Shown: positions 1 to 11,237 of the stretch, piece by piece
How positions within the stretch are numbered: the stretch's first letter is position 1
How the letters are laid out: each line of letters begins with the position of its first letter
From: Dirinaria sp. TL-2023a
Taxonomy: Eukaryota
Direction of reading: 5' to 3'
Assembly: GCA_051941275.1 (NCBI GenBank)
Contig: JAVEBF010000003.1
Coordinates: forward strand, 57,125-77,124
Length of the DNA: 20,000 nt
Program-made: the position numbers and the translations under genes
The notes under the pieces: model-generated
Seen by the model: the letters and a program-made list of their open reading frames with translations, nothing else
Told to the model about the DNA's origin: nothing
Databases searched by the model: none

Positions 1-1909
1 ACACTAGAGACGCGGATACTGCAGTAGCACTTTTCGCCGACGAGGTAAATGAGATTATCGATCCGCAAGAAATTAAGAGACTTGAACGGAAGATCGATTT
101 CATGATTCTGCCGTATCTAGCCGTGTGCTACGCTTTCTTTTACATCGACAAAACGACGCTAAGTTATGCTGCGATCTTTGGCATTGAAGATGACCTCCAC
201 CTCCATGGGACAGAGTACAACTGGCTCAGCAGCATCTTTTATTTTGGCTTCTTGATTTGGGCTTTCCCCACCAACTTTTTGATGCAAAAACTCCCAATAG
301 GTATGAAGTATCCTACCTACTTTGGCATCAGCTACCTTACCCACTCGTCGCGTCACGTGAGTTTCTACATCATCAATCTAACACGTGGAAGGCAAATACC
401 TCGGCACCAATATCTTCTTATGGTACGTGCCACTGTGGTTCAACCGAATTCCAACTGATCATGGCCAGGGGTTTCTTCCTTATGTTGCAAGCCACCGCCC
501 GCAACTTTTCCACACTAGCGGTTCTCAGGGCTTTTGGGGGCGCTGCAGAGTCATGCTCCGACCCGAGCTTTATGGTAATCACAAGCATGTGGTATACACG
601 CCGGCAACAGCCAGTTCGTATTGGAATATGGTATACGGCGAACGGGCTTGGCATAGCTGGTGGGGGCTTGCTCGGGTATGGTATAGGCCATATCAAGGGC
701 GAATTGCGATCTTGGAAATATGAGTTCTTGATTATGTACCATTGGTACTCTCCCTTCCAAATCTGGACAGCCGCTAACCTGTTGCAGCGGAGCCCTTTGC
801 TGCGTTTGGGGCATTATCATGTTCATTATGTTGCCAGACTCGCCTGTGTCTGCGAAATTACTCTCACCAGTACAACGAAGAATGGCTGCTGAGAGACTTA
901 AGGAGAACCAGACAGGTGTTGAAAATAAGCATATTAAGGCCTACCAGATCAAAGAGGCATTCTTGGACTACAAGCTCTATCTGTTCTTTTTACTCGGTGT
1001 CGTGGGTAATATACCGAACGGTGGCATAAGCAATTTTGGAACTATCATCATTAAGGGCTTCGGCTTCTCTACGTTGGTGACTACCTTGATGCAAGTACGC
1101 GAAGATAAAATACGTCAAATATGGCGTATAAATCTGACTTTGGCCCCACTCCAGGTTCCTTACGGTGTCTTTATCTCAATCAGCATTCTCACTTGCGTCT
1201 TCCTCAATGACCGTTTTGCCAACAAGCGGTGTTATTTCATCGTCGCCTTTTTGCTGCCGAATATTGCTGGGGCCTTTGGGCTTCGATTTTTACCACTCGA
1301 GCAAAAGGTCGGACGCTTGATTTGTTATTATTTAACAGGACCCTACAATGCGGCATTCGTCATGATTTTGAGTTTGCAAACAGCAAACACCGCAGGTAGT
1401 GGTCAACGCAGTGTCATCAGAAAATGTTGCGCTAATCAGTTATAGGCCATACCAAAAAAGTTGTTACCAATGCTGTCCTCTTTCTCGGCTATTGCACAGG
1501 AAACATTGCTGGTCCTTTCTTCTATAAGACATCGCAAAAGTAATATGAGGAGAAGCTGTGATTACGCAGCTTGGACCTAAGTCTCGGCTGATATTGGTCG
1601 CAGTCCGTCATATCCCCTCGGTATCTGGTCTATGCTTGTCTCTCATTTCCTCGAGGTCATTGTCATTCTGGTTTTACGGGTCTTGTTGTCTAGAGAGAAT
1701 CGGAGGAGAGATCAAGTTCAATCGGACACAGAAGGTGGCCTTGACGGAAGAGACCTTAATGCAACGGCTTTTGCAGATCTGACAGATCGTGAGAATTTGA
1801 AGTATGCAGTGTTTGTTCTTTTCTCCGTACACCATTGGTATCCAATGCAATATGTGAAACAAATACTGACAGCCTTGTGAACCTATATAGCTTCAGATAC
1901 ATTTATTGA
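1..1909 (+). CDS. MFS transporter, anion:cation symporter / allantoate permease (Dal5-like) family; 5' end lies upstream of the window
   Basis: Hand-spliced exons <1-300, 392-422, 469-735, 788-1094, 1155-1395, 1446-1539, 1604-1801, 1891-1909 (TGA); all introns GT..AG and the frame is preserved. Family motifs: RKIDFMILP, YIDKTTLSYAAIFG, YNWLSSIFYFG, SMWYTRRQQPVRIGIWY, NIPNGGISNFG, ANTAGHTKK, C-terminal DLTDRENLNFRYIY. Confidence 0.93.
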
Positions 1910-2943
1910 GAGAAGTCATCGGTGTCCTGCCATACTTTCTACCATCTGAGTCCCCCAAAGCTAGGTATATCATTTCCTACCGCACGTCTGGCACGTGGTG
2001 ACTCACTGAAACTCTCCGAGAAACAAGTAGAAGTACCGAGGGTAGGGAGTGTTGGCTAGCAAAGCTTTCTAAATGGAGCAATGACGACAAGGATGCAAAG
2101 AACAAGAGATACTGCATATCACTGAAGCTGCTAACAATAGATACAGGGGTAGATGCTTACTTAAGGGCCTTTTCTAACAGCGACTACTCATCCTAGGGCT
2201 TTGTACCGCATCGATCATCGCTGCCTGCCTACCCAAGGATCTTGGCTCGCTCCTCGTAGATGCCGTCATGCTCCAGATGTGAGATGTCGAGACCCCACAG
2301 TGATTTTACCCTCCATGTTCTATGCATATGCAACCGACTACTCCAAGAGTTGTAGATTCTATGGCGAGCATGAAGTGGGTTGGATGCGAAATCCCGTTAG
2401 CGAGAGATATCTGTAGCTACCGGACTGTCTTTGAGCGCTTTGGTAATGGCAAGGGCCAGGAGAAAGAAAGGACAGCGTTCTGCTTTTCCGGATAGCACAC
2501 TATTCCGCCGTCGCTAGAGCTGGGAAACAATACAACGGCCGGTCGAGAAGCAAGGGAGCCAGCAAGCCGCCGAGACCGTGTCGATGCGAGGGAGCCAATG
2601 CACGTATGGCCTCCTATATTCTAGCAGATTACGATGGCTTCACACCCAACGAAGCAGTCGCGAAATGATCTGGGCACCTGCGAGGTGGGTTTTCAATTTC
2701 TTTACAGTAGAGGCAGCCTATAGACAAGGCGAGCAGAACAACATAGTGGAGTATGATAGTACGTATCCCAAAATTGGCAGATATTCCGTACATATCACAT
2801 GAGCATAAGGTAGTGAAATCTCTCAAAAGCTGTGGAATTGGCTACCGCCTTATGCTATGCTAGCTGAGCTAATTGAGAACTTTTTTCATGCTGAACAGTA
2901 TAGTGTCATACTACCACTTTAGTGCCAGGGCACGAATAACCCT

Positions 2944-3355
2944 CTAGCTGCTCTTGCGGGCCTCCGAGTGCACATCAGCCTTGGTCTATCACACGGAATA
3001 GTCAGCACCAGTTCAGGAGGAGCAGTGGTAAAGGATAGGAATGTAGACTAACGTCGTGCTTCTGCTCGTCGATCTTGTCACCCACGGCGTCTTTGGCAGC
3101 CTCGGCTCGGGTGCCAAGGGAGGCGTCACTATCCTTTGCAACGTCTAGAGAAGGATGTCAACGGGACTGTGTACCAAGGGCAGCAGATTCAGGGGTTGCC
3201 TACTCTTGTTGGCCTCCTTGGAAGCTTCGGAGCCACGGCCTTGGAGAGTCTCAGAGGCCTGGTTCAAACCTTGCCTAAGGAGCGTGACATGATCAGCGTT
3301 GCTGTTTGGTAGAGTGGACAGTGCTCGGGGGGGAATCTCACTTGATGGTCTCCAT
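2944..3355 (-). CDS. grg1: Glucose-repressible protein Grg1 / ccg-1 family, small hydrophilic stress protein, 72 aa
   Basis: Exons (minus) 3355-3342, 3274-3204, 3144-3053, 2985-2944; donors GTGAGA, GTAGGC, GTTAGT, all TAG acceptors. Spliced product METIKQGLNQASETLQGRGSEASKEANKNVAKDSDASLGTRAEAAKDAVGDKIDEQKHDTKADVHSEARKSS* has the ASKEANK.VAKDS....GTR..AA.DA..DK..E.KHD.KA pattern of Neurospora GRG-1/CCG-1. Confidence 0.93.
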
Positions 3356-3529
3356 TGTAAATTGGAATTTGAATTTCTGAAAGTGATTCTTGGAATGTTT
3401 CGTGTAATGGTTACCTTATTTCTGGGTACTCGAGTTTGGTGGAGAAGTCTGCGAATATGTAAGGTAATGTAAAGAAGAAGGAGAAGAGGGACTGGAGTTG
3501 AGGAATGGCAGATGTTTTTGTAGGCAGCC

Positions 3530-3559
3530 GCGGGGGCGGGGCATGAGGCTTTGACGTCA
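3530..3559. promoter_or_regulatory. Two tandem CreA/Cre1-type sites (GCGGGG x2) and a palindromic CRE/ATF site (TGACGTCA) in the grg1 promoter
   Basis: GCGGGG at 3530-3535 and 3536-3541 match SYGGRG; TGACGTCA at 3552-3559; about 175-205 bp upstream of the grg1 ATG. Consistent with the known glucose repression and stress induction of grg1/ccg-1. Confidence 0.55.
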
Positions 3560-3797
3560 GGGTTCCCTTCCAAACACAGTTACTGTTCAAATTCCAGGTT
3601 GGTCAGGTGTCAGAATTTTTGAGTTGAGCACGAGGCACGGATCGTCATAATGGTGGCGGTGCCTGGGCAGGCTCCATTACGTAGCGCTGGCTCGGCTCGG
3701 CTTCTCGGTTAGCCTTTGCTTGGCTCGGAGCTGACCGAGATGATACACAGGCTCGACACTCGACAGGTACCGAGCTCGCCGAGGTACCTTTGCTCTA

Positions 3798-3827
3798 ACC
3801 ACTACCACTACCACTACCACTACCACT
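3798..3827. repeat. Hexanucleotide microsatellite (ACCACT)5
   Basis: Five perfect ACCACT copies read directly. Confidence 0.95.
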
Positions 3828-4571
3828 AATCGAAGAGATCACAATGTGACCAGCACGAGGTGAACCCTTCAAAGACATTGTCAATAGATCTGTGTTTCAA
3901 AGCGTATCTCGTAGTCGTATCAGCTGTCCACATACTTCGTTACCAAGGCAGTCGATAATTCCATGCCTGAATCTAGACACTTTGGTCTAGAACGAAACAA
4001 AGGAGACTCTTCGGAAAACGGTACCAGGATTTGCTTGACTGAAGAGGAATACCTAGTTGCGTGCTCGGATCGTGAAGGTTCTTGGAAGGTACCATTGGCC
4101 AGGTAGTATAAATAAAAATGGCAACTTGAAGATTCGCTTGAACAGATGAGTAAAAACGACGATCGTATTTGATCACGGCCATTCTACGCCAATCAGTTCT
4201 TTCTTTCCTCGCATCTTCGTCTTATCGAAATGGGTAGATACAGTTCTAAGAAATTTTTGATCGATGGCAGACTGGTGGGAATATGTGAGCGGTTCTACGC
4301 CTGAACAGGGAGCGCGTGTCGTACGAGATTCAGAGTAATTGGCAAACGATCTGTGATTGTGGATAGGATATTCTGCAATCAACGCATCTCATTGTCTTGC
4401 GATTAGATTCCCGTTAAAGCGCAGCCGCTCTCTTTTGGCAGTTCTACACATAGTAAGACTCATGTGTTGATATCCGCGTCGGGATTCGCACTTTGAATCC
4501 ATCCAACGCACTTTCGCTTCAAATGTAATAAGTCCTTCCGAATCAGTGAGAAATCTTGGTGTATATCAGAC

Positions 4572-5873
4572 ATGTCAACGCAACACGCAACCCCGGATCA
4601 TCGACAACGGTACGAAGGTGACGACAGCGTACGTTCGAGCACCCAGCTTGCAGATTCCGGATCAGACAGCTATAATGACAGCGCTCTTGACCTGGAAGGG
4701 CAAAGAAGTAGGGACGAGGAAAGTCGAGACAGGAGTGCTGCAGAATACTACGTTCCTACCGGCACCAAATACGTCTATCTTGGCCTATACTTCGCTCTCA
4801 ACCTCGCGCTCACAATGTACAACAAAGTCGTGCTGGGCAAGGTGCATCAGCCCCCTTTTCCCCTCTCCCCTCTATCCCACAATTCAGCATTTTGTCTCAT
4901 AATTCTCTGACTGACTGCCATTCCTTCGCAGTTCGCCTTCCCATGGCTACTCACGACCATTCATACTGGGATTGCGTCCATTGGCTGCTACATCCTACTC
5001 CTGAAAGGCCAATTCAGTCTGACCAGACTAACGAGACAAGAGAACCTCCTGTTGTTCGCTTTTTCCATGCTTTACACCGTCAACATTGCCATTTCTAACG
5101 TATCGCTGTGGGTTGCGCACAATGAAGAACCCCACAAGTGCGGAGAGCTAACCGTGAATGTCCACAGAGCGATGGTCTCACTGCCTTTCCATCAGACCCT
5201 GCGGTCGACATGTCCTATGGTCGCCGTTCTCATCTACCGCGTCCACTATCGCCGTCGGTATGCAACAGCAACTTATCTCTCATTGATCCCTCTGGTTCTC
5301 GGCGTGAGCTTAGCGACTTATGGTGACTATTACTTCACGCCTGGTGGATTCTTCCTTTCGTTGCTCGGGGTCATCCTTGCCTCGCTCAAAACCGTTGCTT
5401 CGAACCGACTCATGACGGGCAATCTTGCGCTACCGGCGCTGGAGCTTTTGTTGCGCATGTCACCCTTGGCCTCCCTACAATCACTGGTCTATTCCATGTC
5501 GACTGGAGAAGCTCGGAAGTTCGTCGCTTTTGTGGGCGTTGGTGATCTGACCACAGGTCATTGCCTAGCTTTGACGGGTAACGGCATACTCGCCTTTCTG
5601 CTCAGTGTAGCCTCACTGTATACCAACAAATTGGCGGGAGCGCTGACCATGACTGTTTGTGCCAACCTGAAACAGTGTCTGACTGTATTGTTAGGCATTC
5701 TAATATTCAATGTCCGAGTGGGTGTTCTCAATGGATACGGTATGTTGATTACGCTTGTCGGCGCTGCAGTATACAGCAAAGTGGAACTGGATTCGAAGGG
5801 TAAAATCATGGCTGCTGCACCAAACATACCAGACACACTCAAAGGCCAGGGGCCGGGCACCCGGGAAAAATGA
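4572..5873 (+). CDS. Triose-phosphate transporter (TPT) / nucleotide-sugar transporter family (DMT superfamily), 383 aa
   Basis: Exons 4572-4841, 4932-5107, 5168-5873. Motifs LYFALNLALTMYNK, FAFPWLLTTIH, FSMLYTVNIAISNVSLAMVSLPFHQTLRST, LELLLRMSPLA, NKLAGALTMTVCANLKQ; many hydrophobic segments. Confidence 0.9.
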
Positions 5874-6586
5874 GAGCGGAATTCCCGGCGGAGCGACGGC
5901 GGCTTTTGCTGCAGGATTGATCTCACCAATAGCATATTGTCATAGCAGGAATAGCATACGCAACAGATAATGCTCCACATGTAGACCAGCTTTATCAATT
6001 TACCTAAGTCCAGGCATCCGTGGTGCCATTTTTTGAAGCCATGGCTACACCACTTCGAGCGCAGACGACGCTGGCTTCAGGTGTAGGTAGGCCCTTAGAT
6101 TATGCTGAGATACGGATGATTGCGTTGGGAGTTTCTTGCTCTCCGTGAGACACGCTTACTTTTCTTGCAGTTGATGAAGCTCGTTCGCTAAGAGAAGCAA
6201 TTTTGGGCTGGTAATCTTGCTCTAATGTAGATTCATCTGCTAATATCTAAAGCAAGTATCGAATTAAAACGACAGCCATGTTTGAAAAGCTCGAAAGAAA
6301 TCATCGCGTAGATGAAGAAATGATAGGGATCAGTGACGCAAGTAACCAGTCATTCCCACCTGCATCTACGCCAATACCAAAGCCGGTGACGAGGATGTTG
6401 GGATAGAAGATCGCAGAAGGTAGATCGACGTCAACAGCAAGAGCACAGGGGCCCTCACGGTCACCTCGAATACCGAGCCCAGCGGGAAAGAAGCCAGCGG
6501 CTAAATGAAGACACTCACATGAGCGAACTTGAGGCTTAGCGCGACGCTAATAGTACCAAAGACTTTCCGCTGGGGTGGCGATATGC

Positions 6587-9173
6587 TCACTGGTTCTCGC
6601 CACTGTTCGTATTGTTGGCTGGAGCAGCCACCTCAGTGTTGCTGTCGTTAGATGGAGGCCACTGGTAGTTGGTCGGACGTGGCGCAGCCTGAGGGTATGA
6701 GGTGTAGGGGAGGTATGGAGGCGGTGCTGTAGGATACTGCATGGAGCTCGTACCATTCGGCATATAGGGAGTTCCGTGCATCTGTAGTCCAGAGCTTGGC
6801 TCATTATCCCCTGAGATGGTCGCCTGAGGGAAGTACTGCCCGTATTGGGTCTGGTTGAACGCTGAATAGTAAGGGTACCCAGCAGCGCCGTAATGTGGAG
6901 CAGGCATTATTTGTGCTTGAGAGGTAGCAGCGTTCGCCATACCGACAGACACTCCGCGTTGAAAGAGCATAGCCAAAGCATCTTGAGATTCGGCTAAGTA
7001 GCGAGCACGTGGGCTGCCACCAGACGCGGTAGCTAAATCGCGACGGTTGTATGGATCGATTGATTCCTTTTGCTCGATCCGGAGGCGACTACCTTGAAGG
7101 CTGATGGTTTGCTGCAAAGCAAATACAGCCTCATCGTGATTGGAGAACTCGATGAAAGCGAAGATATTCAGACCAGTTGCTGTATCAGGATCAGTCAGTT
7201 GCTACGCCAGAACTTAGGATATTCAAGCAAGGGAAGCCTACGGTTAATGGATGGCTTCCGTACGATCTCAACATGGCGGATGCGTCCGCAGGCTCCAAAT
7301 GTCTTCCTAAGCATCTCTTCGTCTACGTTTGAGGGCAGGTTGCCCACAAAGACGGAGGAATAGTCAATGATTCGTCGAGGGTGCATCTGAGGAGATACTT
7401 GGTTACGACGAGGGTAGATTGGACTAATACGCATCTGTGCGGAGAGTGGCGACTGATTCCCACGATTCAGTAGACGAGCACGCATCTCATCGGGCATTCG
7501 TGGTTGCTCGAGACGGTACAAATTGTGGTCGCGGAAGCCCTGTTACCCGTTGACTTAGGAGCTTCGAGAGGCTCAGATCCTACTTACTGCTTGCGCATCT
7601 CGGCAATCCTGAAAGAAAGCAAACATCACCCAAATACCTTCCGGTAGGCGAAACATCTCTTTGTCGGTCTGGGTACAGAACCACACTCGTTCAAGTGCTC
7701 CATAACGGCCCATCAACTCGCGAGCATCTGACTCAGAGATAGATTCGCCTGTAACTTTCGAGAGGTACAAAGACCCTTGTGTACAAAAACTCAGCATGCG
7801 AGGATCCTAAGGGGATATTCATCGCTAGGTGTCTGCTTACGGTTCACTTTGGCTACTTCAGTACGACATGGACGTCCATCAATCATCATACCGCGGCCGC
7901 AGGTTATGGCACGCTGAGCGTCGCTAACGTTCTACTCTGATCAGCGTAAACCTTCTGATGGCATTGGGCCCTGTGTACCTCGTATTGACAGAAGGCAAAC
8001 GGCATGCCTTTGCCGTCGCGTCGAATCTTGACATAGCAACTGCCAAAGACCTCGAAAGCCTTGGTGACAGAGTATTCGAGCTGCTCGTCGGTCTTACTCG
8101 ACACAAGACTGTCTAGCTTTCAGCAATGGCCCCGAACGAAACTAAGGTTACTCACTTCGCAACGAAGACGCAAGCATTAGGTGGTAGCACAGCTTGAGCA
8201 TTATCCCCAGAGAGCTGAACTCCGGCTCGATCTTCTCGAGGACGATAAGGTGATTCATTGGCTGTAAATATTAATGATACTGCGGTCTTGGATTGGCGGA
8301 ACGTTTGCAATGCTTACCTGGAGCCAAAATTTGGTCTGTCTCTTGAGCGGAGACGAAAGGATCCTCAGCACCAGCGCCAGACTGACGCACAAAGCCTGCG
8401 GAAGCACGCCAATGAGGACTCTGCATAATTTCATTGTAACGACCCGCAGATGGTGATGAGTGTACAGAGACGTTGGATCCCGGCCCGAAGGCAGCAATAC
8501 GTCCAGAGGAGGACGGACTCAAGGCATTTGAAATGGCATGATTGCCGTCGCTAGGACGCTCGGACGATGCGTAGCTCGTACCTTTTCGACCGCCTGCAGG
8601 AGACACCGAGATACTCTGGATAGCATCGTCAAGCCGTGCTGCTCTCATGGATGCCGTCAGAGCTGCAGTAGGATCTAGGATACATGCTAAATTCAGCGTA
8701 GGTATTGGCGCTTGCAACGTAAATTGGGAAAGCGAAAAGCGAGAACTTAGAAGAGCTACTTGTGGAGCTATGGCTCGTCGAGCAACATATCTGTAAGTAG
8801 CAATTGGTAAAGGGCTGAGCGTCCAGGCTACCGAGGACCACAGCACAGCACAGTGATACGCGGCCGGACAGGACAGAACAGTCTCAGTGAGGCTCAAGCT
8901 ATTACTCAGAGGGCGTGACAGAGTGCAAGAGCCTTGAATTGTGAAGACGGAAAGAATGCTAGACTTACCAGCCTTACGATAATCGAGCGGAGTCGCAGGC
9001 ACACTGCTGGTGCCCGCAGTATCTCCATACGTGCTGGCAGGAGAAGGATCAAGTGCGGAAGCGTTCTGGACCTTGGAGGTTGACTTAGTCTGGTTCGAGG
9101 AGCGACCTGAAGCTTGCGAAAGCTCGACAGCTTCGACGCTGGCTTTGTCGGGTGTAGTTGGTGAGCGGTCCAT
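6587..9173 (-). CDS. RIM4: Three-RRM RNA-binding protein, Rim4/Msa1-like (meiotic translational regulator family), ~655 aa
   Basis: Exons (minus) 9173-8969, 8674-8318, 8261-8156, 8108-7979, 7931-7841, 7775-7588, 7539-7242, 7179-6587; all phases consistent. RRM1 PNACVFVANL..DEQL..SVT..F..FG..YVKIRRD...PFAFCQY...DAQRAI....G.MIDGRPCRTEVAKVNRSLYL follows yeast Rim4 RRM1 as I recall it. RRM3 has SVFVGNLP and FAFIEF. The acceptor of intron 1 and the exact C-terminus are less certain. Confidence 0.82.
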
Positions 9174-9239
9174 GGCAACTTGCTGTAGGTGGAGACGGGT
9201 GTAACGTGGTTCACGTGCTAAAATTTAGGATGGGGGAAT

Positions 9240-9395
9240 CAAGGAAGGTGGAAGAGCTTGGAACAAGGTGCTACTAAGATGCTCGAAGTCAAGAGCGTAT
9301 AGAAGGAGAGGATGCAGACAAGGGAATAGAGAATGAGAAGAAGGAGGAGGGAGGGGAAAAGAAAAGAGAAAAGGAAAGAATTGGAAGGGGAGATA
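9240..9395 (-). promoter_or_regulatory. Pyrimidine (CT)-rich tract, probable transcription-start/5'UTR region of the RIM4-like gene
   Basis: Strongly purine-rich on + (GAAGGAGGAGGGAGGGGAAAAGAAAAGAG...), so CT-rich on the coding strand, 70-220 bp upstream of the ATG; typical of filamentous-fungal promoters. Confidence 0.45.
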
Positions 9396-10275
9396 TAGGT
9401 AAGTTGGTGTGGTGCAATACTAAGATAGCTGGTATTTAGACACTGGGTCCGTCTTGACCGCTTATCCGAGGGAGACTCCACAGCACGACAATTTCTGCTC
9501 TTAGTTCTACAACGATGAGCTAGCAAGGCGCATGTGCTTGATAAGGTAGTTCAGTGTGGGTAAAGTGCCCACAATTCCAGGATGCTAATCGCTGCACTAC
9601 TCGCCATCAGCTTTACAATCCAGCCGGAAGCCTGGCCCTGATGCTGCAGAACATGCTTAGTGTCTTCAGCGCTCGGTGTGAATTAAATCTTGGATCCTGA
9701 AATCGGCGGGACATGTTCGCATTTCACCCGCTGTGTGGGCATCAGAAGTCTCCGAGCCTTCTCATCAAAGTCTGATTGTACCTCGTGTATACACAGTTTA
9801 ATAAGATGCGAGTAGGCAGGCTAGATCGCTCTGAGTAAAATACATACCTTAAGGTACTTGAGTTTCCTTCACTCTCGTCCGACGAGAAATCAAAGGCGCT
9901 TGTCTTGCGTCTACCTAACTCACCAAGGTATGGCTGCTAAATTCTTTGTGGTAAAGAGAGCCCTAACATCCGGCGCGTGATGCACGTGACACTCTATCGA
10001 CTCGTGATTTCCGGGCCATCAAGCTTTATCATCAAGGTATAGTAGGTACCTTCATGGCATCAAGATCAGCAAGGTACATGTATGATAGGTACTGTACTAC
10101 CTGCCTATATGTACCTTGGACATCTCAGACTAAGGTATCTTGTGAACTTCGTTTGCTGCTGGTAAGGAATTGCCCCAGTCTGCCTACCCTACCCGTAAGC
10201 GGAACCGCTCTGCATTAGTGTCCGCCTTTTACTGAAGGCACTTGTACCAATTTCTGGACTATGCTGATAGCGTTG

Positions 10276-10317
10276 TGAGATCGAATTCAGCATGAGATCG
10301 AATTCAGCATGAGATCG
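10276..10317. repeat. 17-bp tandem direct repeat TGAGATCGAATTCAGCA, 2.5 copies
   Basis: Perfect copies at 10276-10292 and 10293-10309, partial copy at 10310-10317. Confidence 0.92.
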
Positions 10318-11237
10318 CTCGTGTCACAATTGATAAAAACAAGATGGCAAACCATGCTTTCCCCAGCTCGGCAGAGGACAACTCTACCGACTTCGGTTAT
10401 CATGGCCAATCGGAGGATGCGTACTGCAGAGGATTTCGCGCAGGTTTTCTGTAGCTAGAATAAAGCTACCTTAAGTGTCCCTGAGTAATTAGGTAGATTC
10501 ATAGCCAGGAAGCGTAGGCTAACAAACCGAGCCCTGTACGATGGAAACTGAGTGAAAGCCAGCTACGCTAGCAGAGACTCTTGTGCCAATGAATCATGAC
10601 GTGAGCCTCATCTTTTTGATCCGACTTTGGCGGCTCTAAAGGTCGGCCTCCTACATGATCTTTCACGCGCAATTGGTAAGGATTACTGCGCCGATTTTAC
10701 CTTAGTTTTGCTCTCGTCGCTGCGAGAATGGTGTACCCACAAGTTGGTATCCGTCATAGCAGCATCCAATAGGATTACTGAAACGGGTTTGGAGGCAAGG
10801 GATCCACTCACAATTACTTGTGGCAACAGCACAAATAAGGGAAAACGTTCTTCTGAAAATATGAGCATACTTCAGAGTGACCAGTTTTATACGACCGCTG
10901 ACTGCGACGCTGTGCAATAGCTGCTTTAACGTGATGCAAGTCCTTGTGTAATAAGTATGAGCTAGCTTTCTGTAGTATTATTTAAGGCTAGTAGCCTGCT
11001 ACTCCGGCGCGTCATCATTCCTGTCTCCAAGGTTAAGCACATCCGTAGCAGATCTTAACAAGACCAATTAGAGATTTAGATTATCTCTAAATTACATCTG
11101 TAGCCACTAATGGCGTTGCGCAGCGGATCACGAAGACTGCTAGGCGCCCTGTCTTTCCTGCAAATCATTATTGGAATGTAGAACCTACTCATCTTCTGAG
11201 ATGGCGGACTCGCCCCAATTTGCCGACCAGGATCAAG

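Noticed and set aside
3145..3573. 142-aa ORF as a gene
   Set aside because: It is read-through of promoter, UTR and intron sequence into grg1 exon 2; the spliced 72-aa model explains the signal.
3973..4382. Two short minus-strand ORFs between grg1 and the TPT gene
   Set aside because: No recognisable motifs, one has a non-ATG start, and I found no convincing splice model.
10276..10317. CRISPR-like array
   Set aside because: Head-to-tail 17-bp duplication without spacers in eukaryotic DNA; most simply a slippage duplication.
9701..10637. URS1/Ume6-like sites (TCGGCGGG at 9703, GGCGGCT at 10629) upstream of the RIM4-like gene
   Set aside because: Imperfect, far from the gene and expected by chance; Ume6-type meiotic control is not established in filamentous ascomycetes.
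10627..10920. Short overlapping ORFs in the RIM4-RGD1 intergenic region
   Set aside because: No domain signal or consistent exon structure; likely chance ORFs.
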